DNA of 63,988 nucleotides, the filler included, from Hyphochytrium catenoides (Eukaryota; Protista; Hyphochytriomycota), in the NCBI GenBank assembly GCA_900088475.1. It is 5 parts of 5 records of this genome, joined end to end, with 100 filler letters (N's around TTAATTAATTAA, not from the genome) between each part and the next. Parts side by side here need not be neighbours in the genome. Positions count along the whole stretch, not along the records: positions 1 to 31,117 come from FLMG01004742.1; 4 more parts are not named here. One strand, given 5' to 3'. The notes below the pieces were generated by a model. The model searched no databases, was not told the origin of the DNA, and worked only from the letters and a program-made list of their open reading frames with translations. Both the position numbers and the translations under genes were made by a program. Below, piece by piece: positions 10,601-23,642 of the stretch (the first letter of the stretch is position 1; each line of letters begins with the position of its first letter).

Positions 10601-13600
10601 TATGACCTGCCGGCCATCAGAGGTCAATGACTAACGTTTGTTGCCAGGCGCCGCTTTACACTTCTACAATGACGCTGTTTTCAGCGATAATGATCTTCGC
10701 AACCTGTCCTGGGTAGGTCAGGGTAGCAAACTCAACCGCCTCGATTCAGTCGGACGCTTTGGCCTGGGCTTCAACGCCATCTATCACTTTACAGACTTGC
10801 CTTCATTCGTGTCTGGAGATAACCTAGGTTTGCTACGGCGCCCCTCCTAGATAAGAATGATGGAGCTAAAACTTCTGTCCCCACAGTATTCTTGGATCCA
10901 CATGGCGTTAACGTGCCTGGGGCTAGTGGGCAGAAACCTGGGGTTAAGATTCGGTTCGCAGAGTCACAGCTTCGACAAGAGTTCCCAGACCAATTTGAGC
11001 CTTTTCTCCTCTTTGGCTGTGACATGACCAGGAGCTTCCAGGGAACTCTCTTCCGGTAGGCCGCCATAGTAGTAAGGTAGTATGCGTTTCCCTCTATCTC
11101 TAAGCTATTATTGTCCATAGCTTCCCTTTCCGAACCCCCAGAGTCGCTGCGGAGAGCGAGATCAAAGCCAAAGAGTACTCGCCAAGTGACGCAATGGCTC
11201 TATTTTTTGCGTTCACGAGGACTTTGGAGGAAAGTCTCCTGTTTCTTCGGAATGTCAAGACCGTAGAGGTAGAGATTTACTCGAATTTCTCTTGTGTTTA
11301 CCTCACCGCCATTGGTTGTATAATGGAACTGTAGGCTTATGTAGTGTCAGACCACTCGAAGGAGCCCCGCTTGCTCTTCAGAGCTGGTAGATCCAGAGAT
11401 ACGCATATGGACCCCGTGAGCGCATTCTTTTTGGATAATCAGGGAAATCCATTAGGCCGAGAGGCATTTTTCTCAAAGTTGAAGGCGACTCCAGAAACAA
11501 GGCTGCCGAAGATCTACCAGGTGCGTTTTGCTAAATCAAAGGGAATTGATGGAACGGATTTTTTAATTTATGCCAAACATTAGGAGTTTCGCATCAACTG
11601 TGCAGTGGCAAAAATTCTGAGGTCTGAGTTAGGTGCCAAAGGAGTTGTTCCAGGGGTCGATGAAGTGTGTACCTCCCTGCAAGACGAGCACTCTTCTACA
11701 TATTCTTTCCATCAAAACCTATTTGGACTCTACACAAAGTTGACGGGGGGGAAAGCTCGACAAATGGCATCCGATCAGTCAGCATCATCGAAGCTGGTGC
11801 CTCTTTGCTCTGTAGCTTGTAAGCGCCTTGCCGGCTCAAGTCATAGTCAGGCAATCAAGGGTCGTGCATTCTCTTATTTGCCCCTACCCATCTTTACCGG
11901 ACTACCTGTTCACGTAAGCCTCCTCCATCCGTAGCATTTGCTTTGTCCATTTTATTAGAGAGAGTGGCTCACGTTCGACGCGTTTGGCTCTTCTAGATCA
12001 AGAGGTTAAACACGGATGGGTGGGTTGCCTTCGTCCCTTAACGAAATCGCCCCTTTCCTTCATGCAGGTAAACGCTTTCTTTGAGGTGACGTCCAATCGA
12101 AGAGACTTGTGGCTTGGAGAAGATATGAGCGGGGAGGGGCATCAAAGGTCACTTTGGAATCAGACGCTACTGGAAGAGGTCGTGGCCCAGGCGTATCTTG
12201 AGCTGCTAGCCTTAAGGCGGTCTGCTGGCGATAGAGCCTACGATCTGTGGCCCGGGCCTAAGATACTACCGCCATGGGATAGAGTAGAGCGCTGCTTGTA
12301 CCATACGATAGGTGCCTACAAGGTTTTCCCTGGGCCGGATGGCCACCTTTATGACCTCAACCAGGTGACAGATTTTTCTTTGCGGTTCTGCTACTGCTCC
12401 CTCTGACGTTCGACGGCTAGGTCTGGCTTTCTGAGCCAAGCTGCAAGGCAGGAAAGGACATCAAGAGGATTGTAACAGCGCAGGGTTTTACTGTTGTGCA
12501 GGTTCCAGAAAAAATCCACATTGCCATGACCACGCAATGCCCGGACGCAAGATCGTTGAGCCCCCCATCTATACGTCGCTCTATTAAGGAGGTACGGCCC
12601 GTCAAGTCCCATACTGTCAAACCGGTGTGTCCCCTCATCAGACCATCTTTCTAGGGCATCCTCTCCATGAACCTGGGACAGGCTGAGCTGCTGCATGTGT
12701 TGGCCTTCTGCTTGTCAGACTTGCACGACCATCCGAACTGTTTGGAGGAGTTGGATGGCCTAGCGATTCTGCCGCTAATAGATGGCTCCGTGGGGATGCT
12801 CAAGGTTTTGGACCAAGCGGACAAAAATTCGAAGGTGTCCGCTGAGTTATATTATCTCTGTGATCCGGAAGAAACAAAGTAAGTGGAACCGGTGAGACTT
12901 ATGTCAGGAGCTGTCTGACCTGTGTCTGTTTATAGGCTCCTACAGGAAGTGGTGGGATCGGTAGTCGCTGTTGCACCTCCTGTTGAGTTCAGTTCGCTTG
13001 AGACCGTGGCTCTGTCACAGCACACTAACTTGCTTAGAATGGGACCAAGAGTTCTATCAGATATCTTGAGAAGAGAAGTTCAGACTGATGATGCGTCCAG
13101 GGAGCCTGAGTTGAACCTACCTGAAACGCATCCAATCCGATTGGAGTCCTGGAATAGAACATTATGGCATTATATTCTTCGGGTTGGAGGGCTGGAGTGC
13201 TTCGAGGGACTGCCTGTATTACTGGGGAAAAAGAATGGCCAGATATGTCCGTTCACACTCAGGATGTACGATCAGAACCTGCCCCCTTCCCGTCAACTAA
13301 TTTATACCGGGGGCTTGGACCAGGAAACCTCACTGACATTTCAGAAACTAGGGTTATGGGCGCTGGTTTCTCTGGATGGCGTCCTAGCGCCAACTTTGGG
13401 AGCTTCTGAGAACTCTGAAATTACGCATCTCCCGCCGTTATTACGTCACGCGGTTGCGGGGCTCTCGAAACAGTCCTCCATTATCAGAGCCTTGTCTAAT
13501 GTAGTTGTGGCTGTCACCGGTGCATGGGTGGGTGATGCAGACTCTTCTGTGATAAAGGAGAGCCTAGCCAAGGGTGAAGCAGCGTTTGACGGTCTGACGC

Positions 13601-16600
13601 CTAGTGAGAGGACTAATCTGAGGTAAGTGGCAGGTCAAGGGCCATACGCTTTTGCGTCCTTGTAGTCACTAAGCTGTTCTGTATCTTGGGTCCAGGTTAG
13701 TATTACTACGAGTCTTCATGCAGTCGGAGAAGGACCCTGAAGATTGGCGCCGCTTATCCTATCTCCCTATCTTTAAGACGTATGGACAGCAATTCAAGGC
13801 TCTGGCCACAGGGCTGTGCCTGCCACCTAATGATGTACCACCAAGTATTCTTGACGATAACTTTCTGATGGTAACTGCTGAAGAGAAAGAGGTGCTGGAA
13901 AAGATGGGCACTCGTCATGTTCGAGCACCTGACTTCTATGTCCAACATTTCCTGCCGAGAATCTCTACTTATCCGGCAGACATTAGAGATGAGGGGCTGG
14001 TACATTTATTGTCGCAGTTACATCAAGCAGATCTAGATGAAGAATTGATGGTGTCCCTCTCCCAAACTCCCTGCATTCCCACAGCGGAAGCTGACAGGGC
14101 CGCGTTAGACCTTGGGGACACGGTGTTGAAGTTATGCAAACCATCAGAGCTTTTTGACCCAGAAGAGAAGAATCTGATGCTCTTCCTCAGTCCCTCTAGC
14201 TACCCTAGCAAGAAGTATCGAGATTATGCAGTTCTGGAAGCAATGCGAAAACTTGGATTGCGAAACAAGCTATCGTTGAACGCCATTCTATCGAGCGCAG
14301 AGGAGATTCCGGAACTCCTTACCCAAGACAAGCGGTTAACCTTCGCTCGAGCAAAGAAGCTCCAGGAGTTCCTAGAGCGGAAGATGGAGCGGGTAAGTCA
14401 ACCCAGCTTTAGAAACGTTTATCTCTGAGCTCTAAACGCGACATGATCTTAGGACCGTGATGACTCTCTACCTTCGCTGCCTCCTCACGACGAAAGCCTG
14501 AACGTAGCAGAATTATGTCAACGACTACGTGATATCCCTTGGATGGCAGTATTAACGCTTCCTCCCCACGTTAATCTTCCTTGGCCTGAAGCTGCCGAAC
14601 CCTTAGAAGCACCAGCGAATTGTCGTCAGAAGCAGGACATGGTAAGCCCCTCGACAGCCAGATTTTAAGGCTTGGAAGACTCATTGGTTCATTTACAGTG
14701 GCTTTGCTCCTATACAAGACGGTTTCCGGAGAGTGAGATCACTTCCCCCGAGCTGGTCAAGGCCTTTGGATGGGCTGAACCAGTTTCAAGTGCTGTCGTT
14801 GCTCAACAGTTAGTCCGCCTTAGTGATATACACCAGGCTGGTGGGGGACCGGGTCTTGCTCGAACTTTAACTGATGTGCTGCCACGGATATACAGCAATC
14901 TTGACCAATCTGAAGACCTGGGAGACATCCAGAAAATCCTGGATGGCAAAGCTTGGATTTGGGTTGGAAAGAAGTTCGTCAAGAGGGCTCAGGTAAAACA
15001 ATAGATTGGTGCTCATGGAGAACGGAATTGAAGTTTTTTATTGTACTGTTAGGTTGCTAGATTTGCTCCTCCCAGAGCCGAACCATATCTCTACTGCTGG
15101 CCGGAAATGCTGCAGCCTTTCAAGCGATTGTATGAGGCTTTTGGCATCAAGGAGACGTTTTCCAACGAGGACCTCAGCATGTTCATCCGCTCGGACCTGC
15201 CACAGGAAGGGCGGCTTAGTGACGATCAACTCGCGCTGATGATAGCTCTGCTGAATCTTCTGGACCCGGAAGATGATGGCAGCAATACCTGGCTGCAACA
15301 CATCACTGCTCTGCCGTCTGCTGATGGATCAATGGAACCTGTCAGCCGCCTCACCTACAATGATGCTGCCTGGCTTTCAGACAATGAGAGGTTGAAGCTA
15401 GGTTGTACCTTTGTTCATAACAAGATCAATCTGGATTTTGCTGCCGCAGTCGGTTGTCAATCCCTTCGTAAGGTCATTGTTGAGATGGGAAATGCGACCT
15501 TTTCCATAGGCTGTCCCGATGTGACCTCGCTCGTCAATATCTTCCAGATATTTGGAAGGGATGAAAACCTGGTGGCTGAGATTCTAGAAGTGGCGGAACA
15601 ATTTCAGTGTCAGAGCGCGGAACTACTTTGGGACCAGAGATCCCACCCCTACAATAGCTTGCTGAGTGCGAGCATGAAAGAACTTCAGGGGCCATCTCTC
15701 TCTATATATCTCCCCTCCTGCGACCTCCATCTTCAGGACATCACATGGGCCATGAAGCTGCAAGGTTGGAGTTTGGAGACCCCACCCAGGCGTAGGTCTG
15801 AAGCTTTCATGGACACTTCTCGGCTTATTAGACCTGGGCTGGGGCCCGGACTCGCTGCCTGCTTCCGTATTACAGATTGCCTTCAAATTCTTACTGGAGG
15901 CTTCCTCTTCCTCTTTGACCCGTCGGGCGAGTATCTAGAGCCAAAGCTGAAGGTTACTTTTCCTTGGGCATTCTTTTCGGTTTTGGACCCTCTCACTGCC
16001 ACGCTTCTGTTCATACTTCTGTTCCTTCTCATTGTCAATGAAATGTTGATCTACTACCGAAGTTAGTCTTGCCTGTTTGAGCGGCAACATTGGGTGTAAT
16101 GGTGGGCGGTTTATGCTCGAAGCATTGCCCCTATATTTGACGTCATCTCGTTCTTTGGCCCCTGTAGTCCGACAGCGCAAATGAAGGGAGCACCGTTTCC
16201 AGGGAACCTCTGGCAAGATACTATCATCTAGCAACATCTCAGATATGCTCGCGTTTCCCGGACCAGTTTAAACCCTTCACTGACCTGGTAGCTGGGTGGA
16301 CGCCAGGGGACGATTGTAAGCTCAATGGCACGATCATAAGAATGCCTCTGAGGAGAAAGGAAGGACCTCTTCAAACAAAGGTCTGGGACGAACAGGCAGT
16401 GGAACACCTTATAGCTGAAAGCAGTAGAGGTGAGCGTGCAAGCTAAGTGCTTCATGCCTGCCACTAATACTTTCCATAGTCCTTCCTGCAACAGTTCTCT
16501 TCACCCTCAACCTGGAACGAGTCACAATGAAGACGTGGAGAACAGGCGAGAAGGAGCCCATATTGTCTTTTGATGTACTTGCACACCTAAGCCAGTCAAC

Positions 16601-19600
16601 AAGGTCTCAAAAGTTCCGAACCATCTCCAGCAACAGTTGGAGAAAATCAAATCTTGCAACGCTGTTTCAGCAACGAAAGCCATCGCAGGATTGCTTCAAA
16701 TTGGAGGTCTCTGTGTACGACGGGGTTGAGTCCGTTCTTGACACATGGCTCATTGCACATGCCATGACATGTGGAGAGGCTCGAGAGTACGCTCTGGCTC
16801 GTAGCTATAGTACTTTTGGACTCAAACCCTTTGTCGCCGTGGCGGCACATATTTTGAGAAACGGAAAGGTTTGTACCTGTTAGCCTCAGTTCCGAGCACC
16901 TTACACCTGGCAGGAGCTGATCGCGATGATTCTCCACCTATAGATCTCTGGGCCTGTAAATGATGGAAGAATATGCTACACACTGCCGGGGACCTACATT
17001 TCGGGACTTCCGGTCCATATCAACGGAGACTTCTTGCTGTTTCCCAGTGATCGAGGACTGGTGGAAGAGATTGACATCCCGGGTGGAGCTCAAGACAACT
17101 CACGCACCAGGTAAGTGACATACCTCTGTGAAGTCTGATTTTATTCTCTAAGGCTCAGGTGGTCGAGATCAGGTGGAACGAGGTGCTGTTTCGTGAGGGT
17201 GTACCACTCTGTTACGTTGACATCCTCGAGTCGCTGAAGACCATCCTCATCAGAGACCATAGAGACAACCTCGAGGCGCTGTATCACTTCTGGCCATCTT
17301 TGGGCAGCATTAGTCCACCTTTGAAAAATTGGGTACAGTCAGCCTTGATACCAAAGCTCTCAGACGCTAGTATATTTCTTTCAACAGGTAAAAGCAGCTC
17401 TTCTCTTCCAGAATGGCTCTTAAAAAGATGTGACGATTCTCACTTTATCCCGACTGTACCTAAGTGTTTGCTAACTCCTTCACCTCTTTCTTCACATGGG
17501 CCAGCTGGCACGTTCGGACAGCTTCAAGAGGGTTTGATGAGGGACCGCAACCTCGTTGATGAGATTGTGAAGCTTCTAGCCGCCCATAAAGTCTTTTTCT
17601 TCGATGTACCAATCACTATCCAGGACGACTTGCAAACTTGTCAGGTTCGGACTTTCCACAGGTTCACCCCTACTATCTTTCGAAGCATCTTGCGACAAAA
17701 GAGGCAGGACGTCCGGAACCATGTAATGAGGGCCTATAACCCTCCACGGGACATCATCATTGACCTCTGGCGCTTCTGTACCTCAGACCAAGACGAGTTG
17801 CCCGGGCAGAGTTTCGCCATAGACCCCAGACTTTCTTATTGGCAGCAATTCAAAGGTAAGGCTTCCAGTCACCGAAACCACCTACCACCTACCAACCTAA
17901 GCAATTCCATGCATGGGACAGGCCTTCCTCTCCTCCCATTGGCTTCCGGAGACATCGACTTTCTGGGGACGTCACCATCTTATTATGGAGATGGGAGTTA
18001 TTCAGAGCTTTTAACGAAGCTGCATAAACGCTTCATCGCGGTTGAATTCTGTGAAGCTTTTCCCTCAATTTTTACTGATCATGTTTTTAAGGCAATTGCG
18101 AAGATTACCGCAGCAGATGTTAGGCTGCTGGCAGATCAGCTCGCAACTCAGCTTCCTAAAGAGTGGTATAAAGCAACCTTCATCTCTCGATCAGATGACT
18201 CCCAATTCCACGAGGTAAGGATGAATACATGGCTTGTTTTGCCTGAGAACGGGGCCCTAAATACCCTTATCGGGACCTTGTTAAGGTCTCAGAGTCGTGG
18301 ATACGGGCGTTTTGGAAAGTGGTGAATTATGACTCCGCAGAAACTATCGACCTCTTTGGTGATTGGCCTCTGATTCCCGTAGAAGATGGGCTGGTATCCT
18401 GCTCACTCCGGAAAGCGGTATTAGCCTTTGAACGCAGAATGGACTCTTCCAGAACCTCACAAGACGATGGAAATAGCTCGAGGGCAACCAGTCCTATAGA
18501 TGACGGCGAGTTTTTCCACCAGCTGTGTCGCACCATGGGAATACCCCTTCTTGCTCTAGACTACTTCGAAGAACCGCAGGGTTTCGTCTCGTCGGCAGCA
18601 CAAGCCTCAAGAAAATTCGTTTCGTGCATTCAGGAGCTAGAGCGAGGTAAGAAAGCCCACAATATGTCAGCAATGAAGCGAACTAATCGAACACCTCCTC
18701 CCTAGTCGGGGCATCCCATCTGATGGACTGGTCCAAGGTCCCTGCCGCTCAACGCTTTGATCTCCTTCATCGCTTAGCCAAGGACATGGAACAGGTACGG
18801 CGACCTCTCGGGTTGATGGACAACAGAAAAACTAAGTTTAGATTGCAGCATGGAAGCTTGTCTTTTATGGAACGCAGAACGGTCTGCACCTTTCCTATTT
18901 TCCCTAAGTTGAGTGGATCATCTACCTCCGTTGTCGGGGAGTTCTTCTACCTGGCCCAGAACATCGAGCCGTTGCTCTTAGAATGCTTTTCTTTAGACCT
19001 TTCCGCACCTGCTCTCATTGCGGAGCCAGATCTTCAGCTGCTTTACAACGATATCGGGATCAAGCAAATGGACTCTGTGGGACTACTACAACGGTTGGTT
19101 CCTCTATGATGATTGCTTCTCTTTAGCAAGATGTACCTGACCGTTGCCTTTCAGCTTTATATTACCCGCCTTCCATACTTACGACGTTGGCCGGCAGAAG
19201 AATCTCATGGATTACATTGTCAGTCAGTGGAGAGTCCTCCGTCAGGAGCAATCTTTCTTAGAAGCGGTCTATTCTACTCCCATCGTCCCAGTCCAAGGGT
19301 CGCTACGGCTTTGCAGTGACCTTCACGATCCTCAACTTGGCCTATTGAAAGAAGTCTTGGGCGAGGAAGAAGCCTTGTTTCCCCCCACAGATCTCAGGTC
19401 TGGTCAATTTCTGGATGTTTTCAGAGAACTGGGCATGAAGACTGCGATAGACGCCAAAACCTTCCTCCTCTGTGCAAGGAAGGTTGATTCCTTAGCAGAG
19501 AATGCTGTCTTCGAAGCTCGGTCAAAGGCAATTTTGTTGATAAGGCACTTGTCAAGTAATGTTGGGGCGTATTCGTCCCCAAGCCTTTGTAGAGACTTGG

Positions 19601-22054
19601 CCGAATTGAGGGTGGCACCGTGTATCACATACTCCGATCCTCGAGATGGTGTTAGCCCTTTAAGACCAACACCTTCCATTGCCAAGTTTTGTGAGGCTGT
19701 TATTGACGGAGATAAGTAAGTGTGCTTTTACAATCTGTCGTCTATGACTACTCCTTTGCTGCGTGGTGAGCTATCACAAAGAGGTTTCCTGCGTTTGCTG
19801 CTCAAACCCGCTGCTTCCGGAGTGCTAATATGGGTCCACTCTAGGTACTTGGCGTGGACGGTAAACCCCATCCTGGAGGAAGGCGCTACGCCTCCCCAGC
19901 TCATGTGGGATCATTTGGGACTTCGCTCTCCTCCCTCTCTAACCTTAGTGATGGAACATCTCCACAACATTACTCGCCGAAACGACCAGAGGCCCCCTCT
20001 GTGGCCTTTGAAAGATGTATTCACCGCGATCTTCAGATATTTGGATGGCAAGCTTGACACACTCTCTCAGGAGCATCTGGAAAAGCTTAGCGGCTTGCCA
20101 ATAGTCCCTATTGATGACACAGTGCTTGTGAAACCAGATAGGCTCTTTATCAAGCTCAAGAGAAACCTATCACCCTTCCTGTTTGAAATTCCGAGGGTGT
20201 TCGGCTCCTTTGACAACCTCTTGCATAGGCTTGGTGCAAGGCGTGAACCCTCAGGTGAGTTATATATATACCCTAACTTCAATTCAGGTAACGTTTGTTT
20301 ACTCACATCAATCATCTAATCTTCCTAGTGGACGTTTATCGCGATATTCTATTCGACATAAAGAAGGGGGTGGCTGAGGAGCCGCTGAATTTGAACGAGG
20401 CTCTGGCCGTCATCCACATCCTTGAGCTGATCATTGAAGACCCCTCTTTCGAGAGCAAGGTGGTCTTTTCCAAAGGAAAGATCACTAGTAATCAGCTGCT
20501 AGCTCCTGACAGCTGCCTAGTGCTGAGGGACGCTGCCATGTGTCTTTATAATGACGCCCCTTGGGTATTGAGGAGCGTGAGGCTACCGACTACCCATACT
20601 TTGAGCGAAGTTGTACCCAAAATGATCGCCGAAAAGCTTGGCATACCGCCGGTCTCGAGTGTTATTACTGAAGTTCTCGAGTCTAAACGCCCTGCGACGG
20701 ACATGAGAGACGAGGAGTTGCAGTTGAATCGAAGCTTGAAATCATCTGTCTTCCTTGAAGGGTTAGCCAAAGCCGTACAGACTGAAAGGAAGAGGGCAAT
20801 GACAGGCAAGAGTTTCTTAGCTGGGGGCTTAGCTGAACCAGACGGCTTCGCGGATTACGAAACCGCAGTAAAGGTAAGGCCGTCATTTGAATCTTCGACA
20901 ATCCATGTGAGCTCCGTCCGGCTAACGCGGAGATGCAGGTCTGTGAAAACCTTTCGGACTTCTCTGTAAGCCTGCTGGACGAGCTCAAAACACGATTCTT
21001 CTATAGCTCTGACTCCGATTTGCTGGTGGATGTTACTGATTCAAGTTGTGCGCAAAGCAATTTGACCTTCTTCGACCAGTCCAGGAAATGCATCTACATT
21101 GCTGCCAGGAACCTGCCATCCCATATCAGCCTCAATAGAGCGTTGGCCCTTTCGCTCAAAAGGGTTCTGGCCAATGGAGTTAGTGACAGTGGACTTATAG
21201 AGGCTCTGTTGGAGGTCTCGGAAGTTTCTGCTGAGGCAGTTAATGCGGTTCTCGTTGCCCACGGTTATTACTTGACGGACAATTGGGACATAAAGAGCAG
21301 ACCCTTTCCACGGCTTGGGGATCCCATCAGCCCGGATGATCAAGGGAGGCTTGAACTGACGCCCACTCACACCTTCATGGAGGGAGAGATTGTCCTCTGG
21401 AAGGACAATAGGACGGACGCCCTCCGCTACGGGGCTGTTATTTCCTCGAAGGAGACAAATGACCAAGCACTCATACCCGTACTCCTAATCAGGACCGGGA
21501 GAACAAGCACTTCTCTCTTCAAGAGCACAGAACTTTATAGCCTGCGGCGAACAGAAACCACCCGTGGTCTCAGTGCTTTGGCCTCAGGAAACCCATCCCC
21601 TGCAACAGTTCCGGCTCTCGGCTTTGAACATTTNNNNNNNNNNNNNNNNNNNNNNNNNNNNNNNNNNNNNNNNNNNNNNNNNNNNNNNNNNNNNNNNNNN
21701 NNNNNNNNNNNNNNNNNNNNNNNNNNNNNNNNGCAGATGCTTGCGGAGCTCCTCACTCTGCGGCAAGAGGTATCGAATCTCAGAGGACAGAACACCGAGC
21801 AGCTTCTGAAAATCTCTAAGCTGCATGAAAACCAAAATCGCTGGAGGTCGGCCCTGTGCTGTCAGATCTGCTTCCTCAACACGGTCAACCGCTTAATAGT
21901 CCCGTGTGGCCATCTCCTATGCTCAGAATGCCTAGGGCAAATCTCTACCAGTATTCGGCGAAAGAGATGTCCTTTTTGCCGGGCAGATGTCACATCTTCT
22001 GCGGTATTCTCTTCTCCTCTCACAATGGCGGCAGAGGAAGATGGAGATGACTAG
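4647..22054 (+). CDS. SACS: Sacsin-like giant protein (three sacsin repeats, C-terminal C3HC4 RING); roughly 40-45 short introns, about 4,500-4,800 aa by rough estimate
   Basis: Spliced reading gives FGQKVDLTVRLREILKNYPEGSTVLKELVQNADDAGA...GKFGIGFNS (repeat 1) and FGQSEKITRRL...ELIQNADDAGA...GRFGLGFNAIYHFTDLPSFVSG (repeat 2). Also LPLxTxLPVxVNAFFE...NRRD motifs, NDAPW/NDAAW motifs, a degenerate third repeat, and the terminal CQIC...PCGHLLCSEC...CPFCR. N gap at 21634-21732. Confidence 0.93.
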
Positions 22055-23642
22055 CGCTACCTAGCACTACCTTCGACAGCGATAGAGAAAGATATAATCT
22101 TGACTGCCAGATAAATAATTGTTAATGCACAATTTGGTGCTTAACCCGGATCGTGACTATGGGGGTGTTTGGACGGCGTCTATACTCGTCCGAAGGAAAG
22201 GTTGACGCTTGAGCCTTCCGCGTGGTGATCAGTCAGGGCTGTTAAGTTATCCTCGTCAAGCTAGAGATGGTCCCACAAAGCTGATTAAATTGTGAAGGCA
22301 GGCGCTGGTGATCTCGGTCCAATGATAACTCTTGACGAAGCTGGGCCTCGTCGCTGAAGCAATAGAATCATTAGGTCTCTAAAGTAGCATGGAGGTGACT
22401 GGCAGCAGGGGGTTGGGAGTATAATCTCATGAGATGACCACCACTACGTCATGACCTTAGGCAAGAGGGTCGCGAATTCCGCGGGAAGCCTCGCATTCAA
22501 ATCAGACTCTCGCCAGAGATTGGAAGAGAATCATTGATAGGGCAAAGAGCGCCATGTGAGTAGAGAGTGACAGAGATTCTATTCTACTGCCTATCGGATG
22601 CGCTCACAATAGTTATCTTTATGAAGTTGAGCTAAGCTCCAATGACACCATGCCGCCTGAACCAAACGCAGCAGAATGTACACACATGTCCCGGGTATGG
22701 CCAAGAACAACATAATACCTGCTCAAGGGCGCCAAAAGACTTTGAGCGAGCTGCGCTCACCGTAGCAGGAGCCACACCTTTCACTGTGGCCCGCAGTGCG
22801 GTCAATCATTGAGATGACCGCGATAATGTACCTGCGCTGATACCAGTCCTTAGGGGCCATTAAGCTAAACCCAGCTTCTGGAAACCTCATGCACACCTGT
22901 GCCCTCGACGGTCACGGAGGTCGGTATCCATACTAGAGGAAGACCCTGAGAAGCTGATGCGACGCTTGACACTCTACAATAAGCTCAGCCCTGACAGCGC
23001 AGCAAGAGCTTCAGATGAAGCTTCACGCTCTGTCGGCCGGCATCTTCCTTTCTTTCATGACAGTCAACCTCGCAAACCTTGTCTAGTCTCCGCTATAGAT
23101 AGTCGCATATAAGTCAGTGTGGTGTACTATATGAGGTTAATAGGCTAGTAGTAGCCTTTTCGTATCTCCAGGCTCTGCCCAAGCTCCCGTCAATTTTGTT
23201 CCTTCGTACCATCCTATGTCCAAGGATAGTCGCAATAGACATCATTTTCTCTACTTGTGTCGTTTCTGAAGACGGCAGTGTCTGCTTGACAAACAGCGCG
23301 CATCTAAATTTCAGTCACGCTGGTCTGAGGCGACCCACGGAGCTTCTATCTTGAAGCGTCATTCACACTTGAGACTTCACCACGGCCACTGTCCTCTAAC
23401 CAGCCCACAGGCCTTTCGCATGCTCTAAGAAGCGGCTCTTGTCCGGCACCCTTCTACCATTCCGCCTGTAAAGCGTCGAATACCAGTCGCCAAGGTTGTG
23501 GAGCTTCACCAAGATCTCTCCGAGGAAGGAAGAGTTCCCAGAGAAACAACCCTTAGGAAGAACGAGCTTACCTTTAACCAAGGAACTGCCTGAATATCGT
23601 TCGGACCTGTAAGACGTTTATTAGCGACAGTAAACCTGGATC

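Noticed and set aside
4647-22054. Treating the many ORF fragments as separate genes, a pseudogene or an alternative genetic code
   Set aside because: Where traced, the breaks are explained by short GT(GC)-AG introns that restore the frame.
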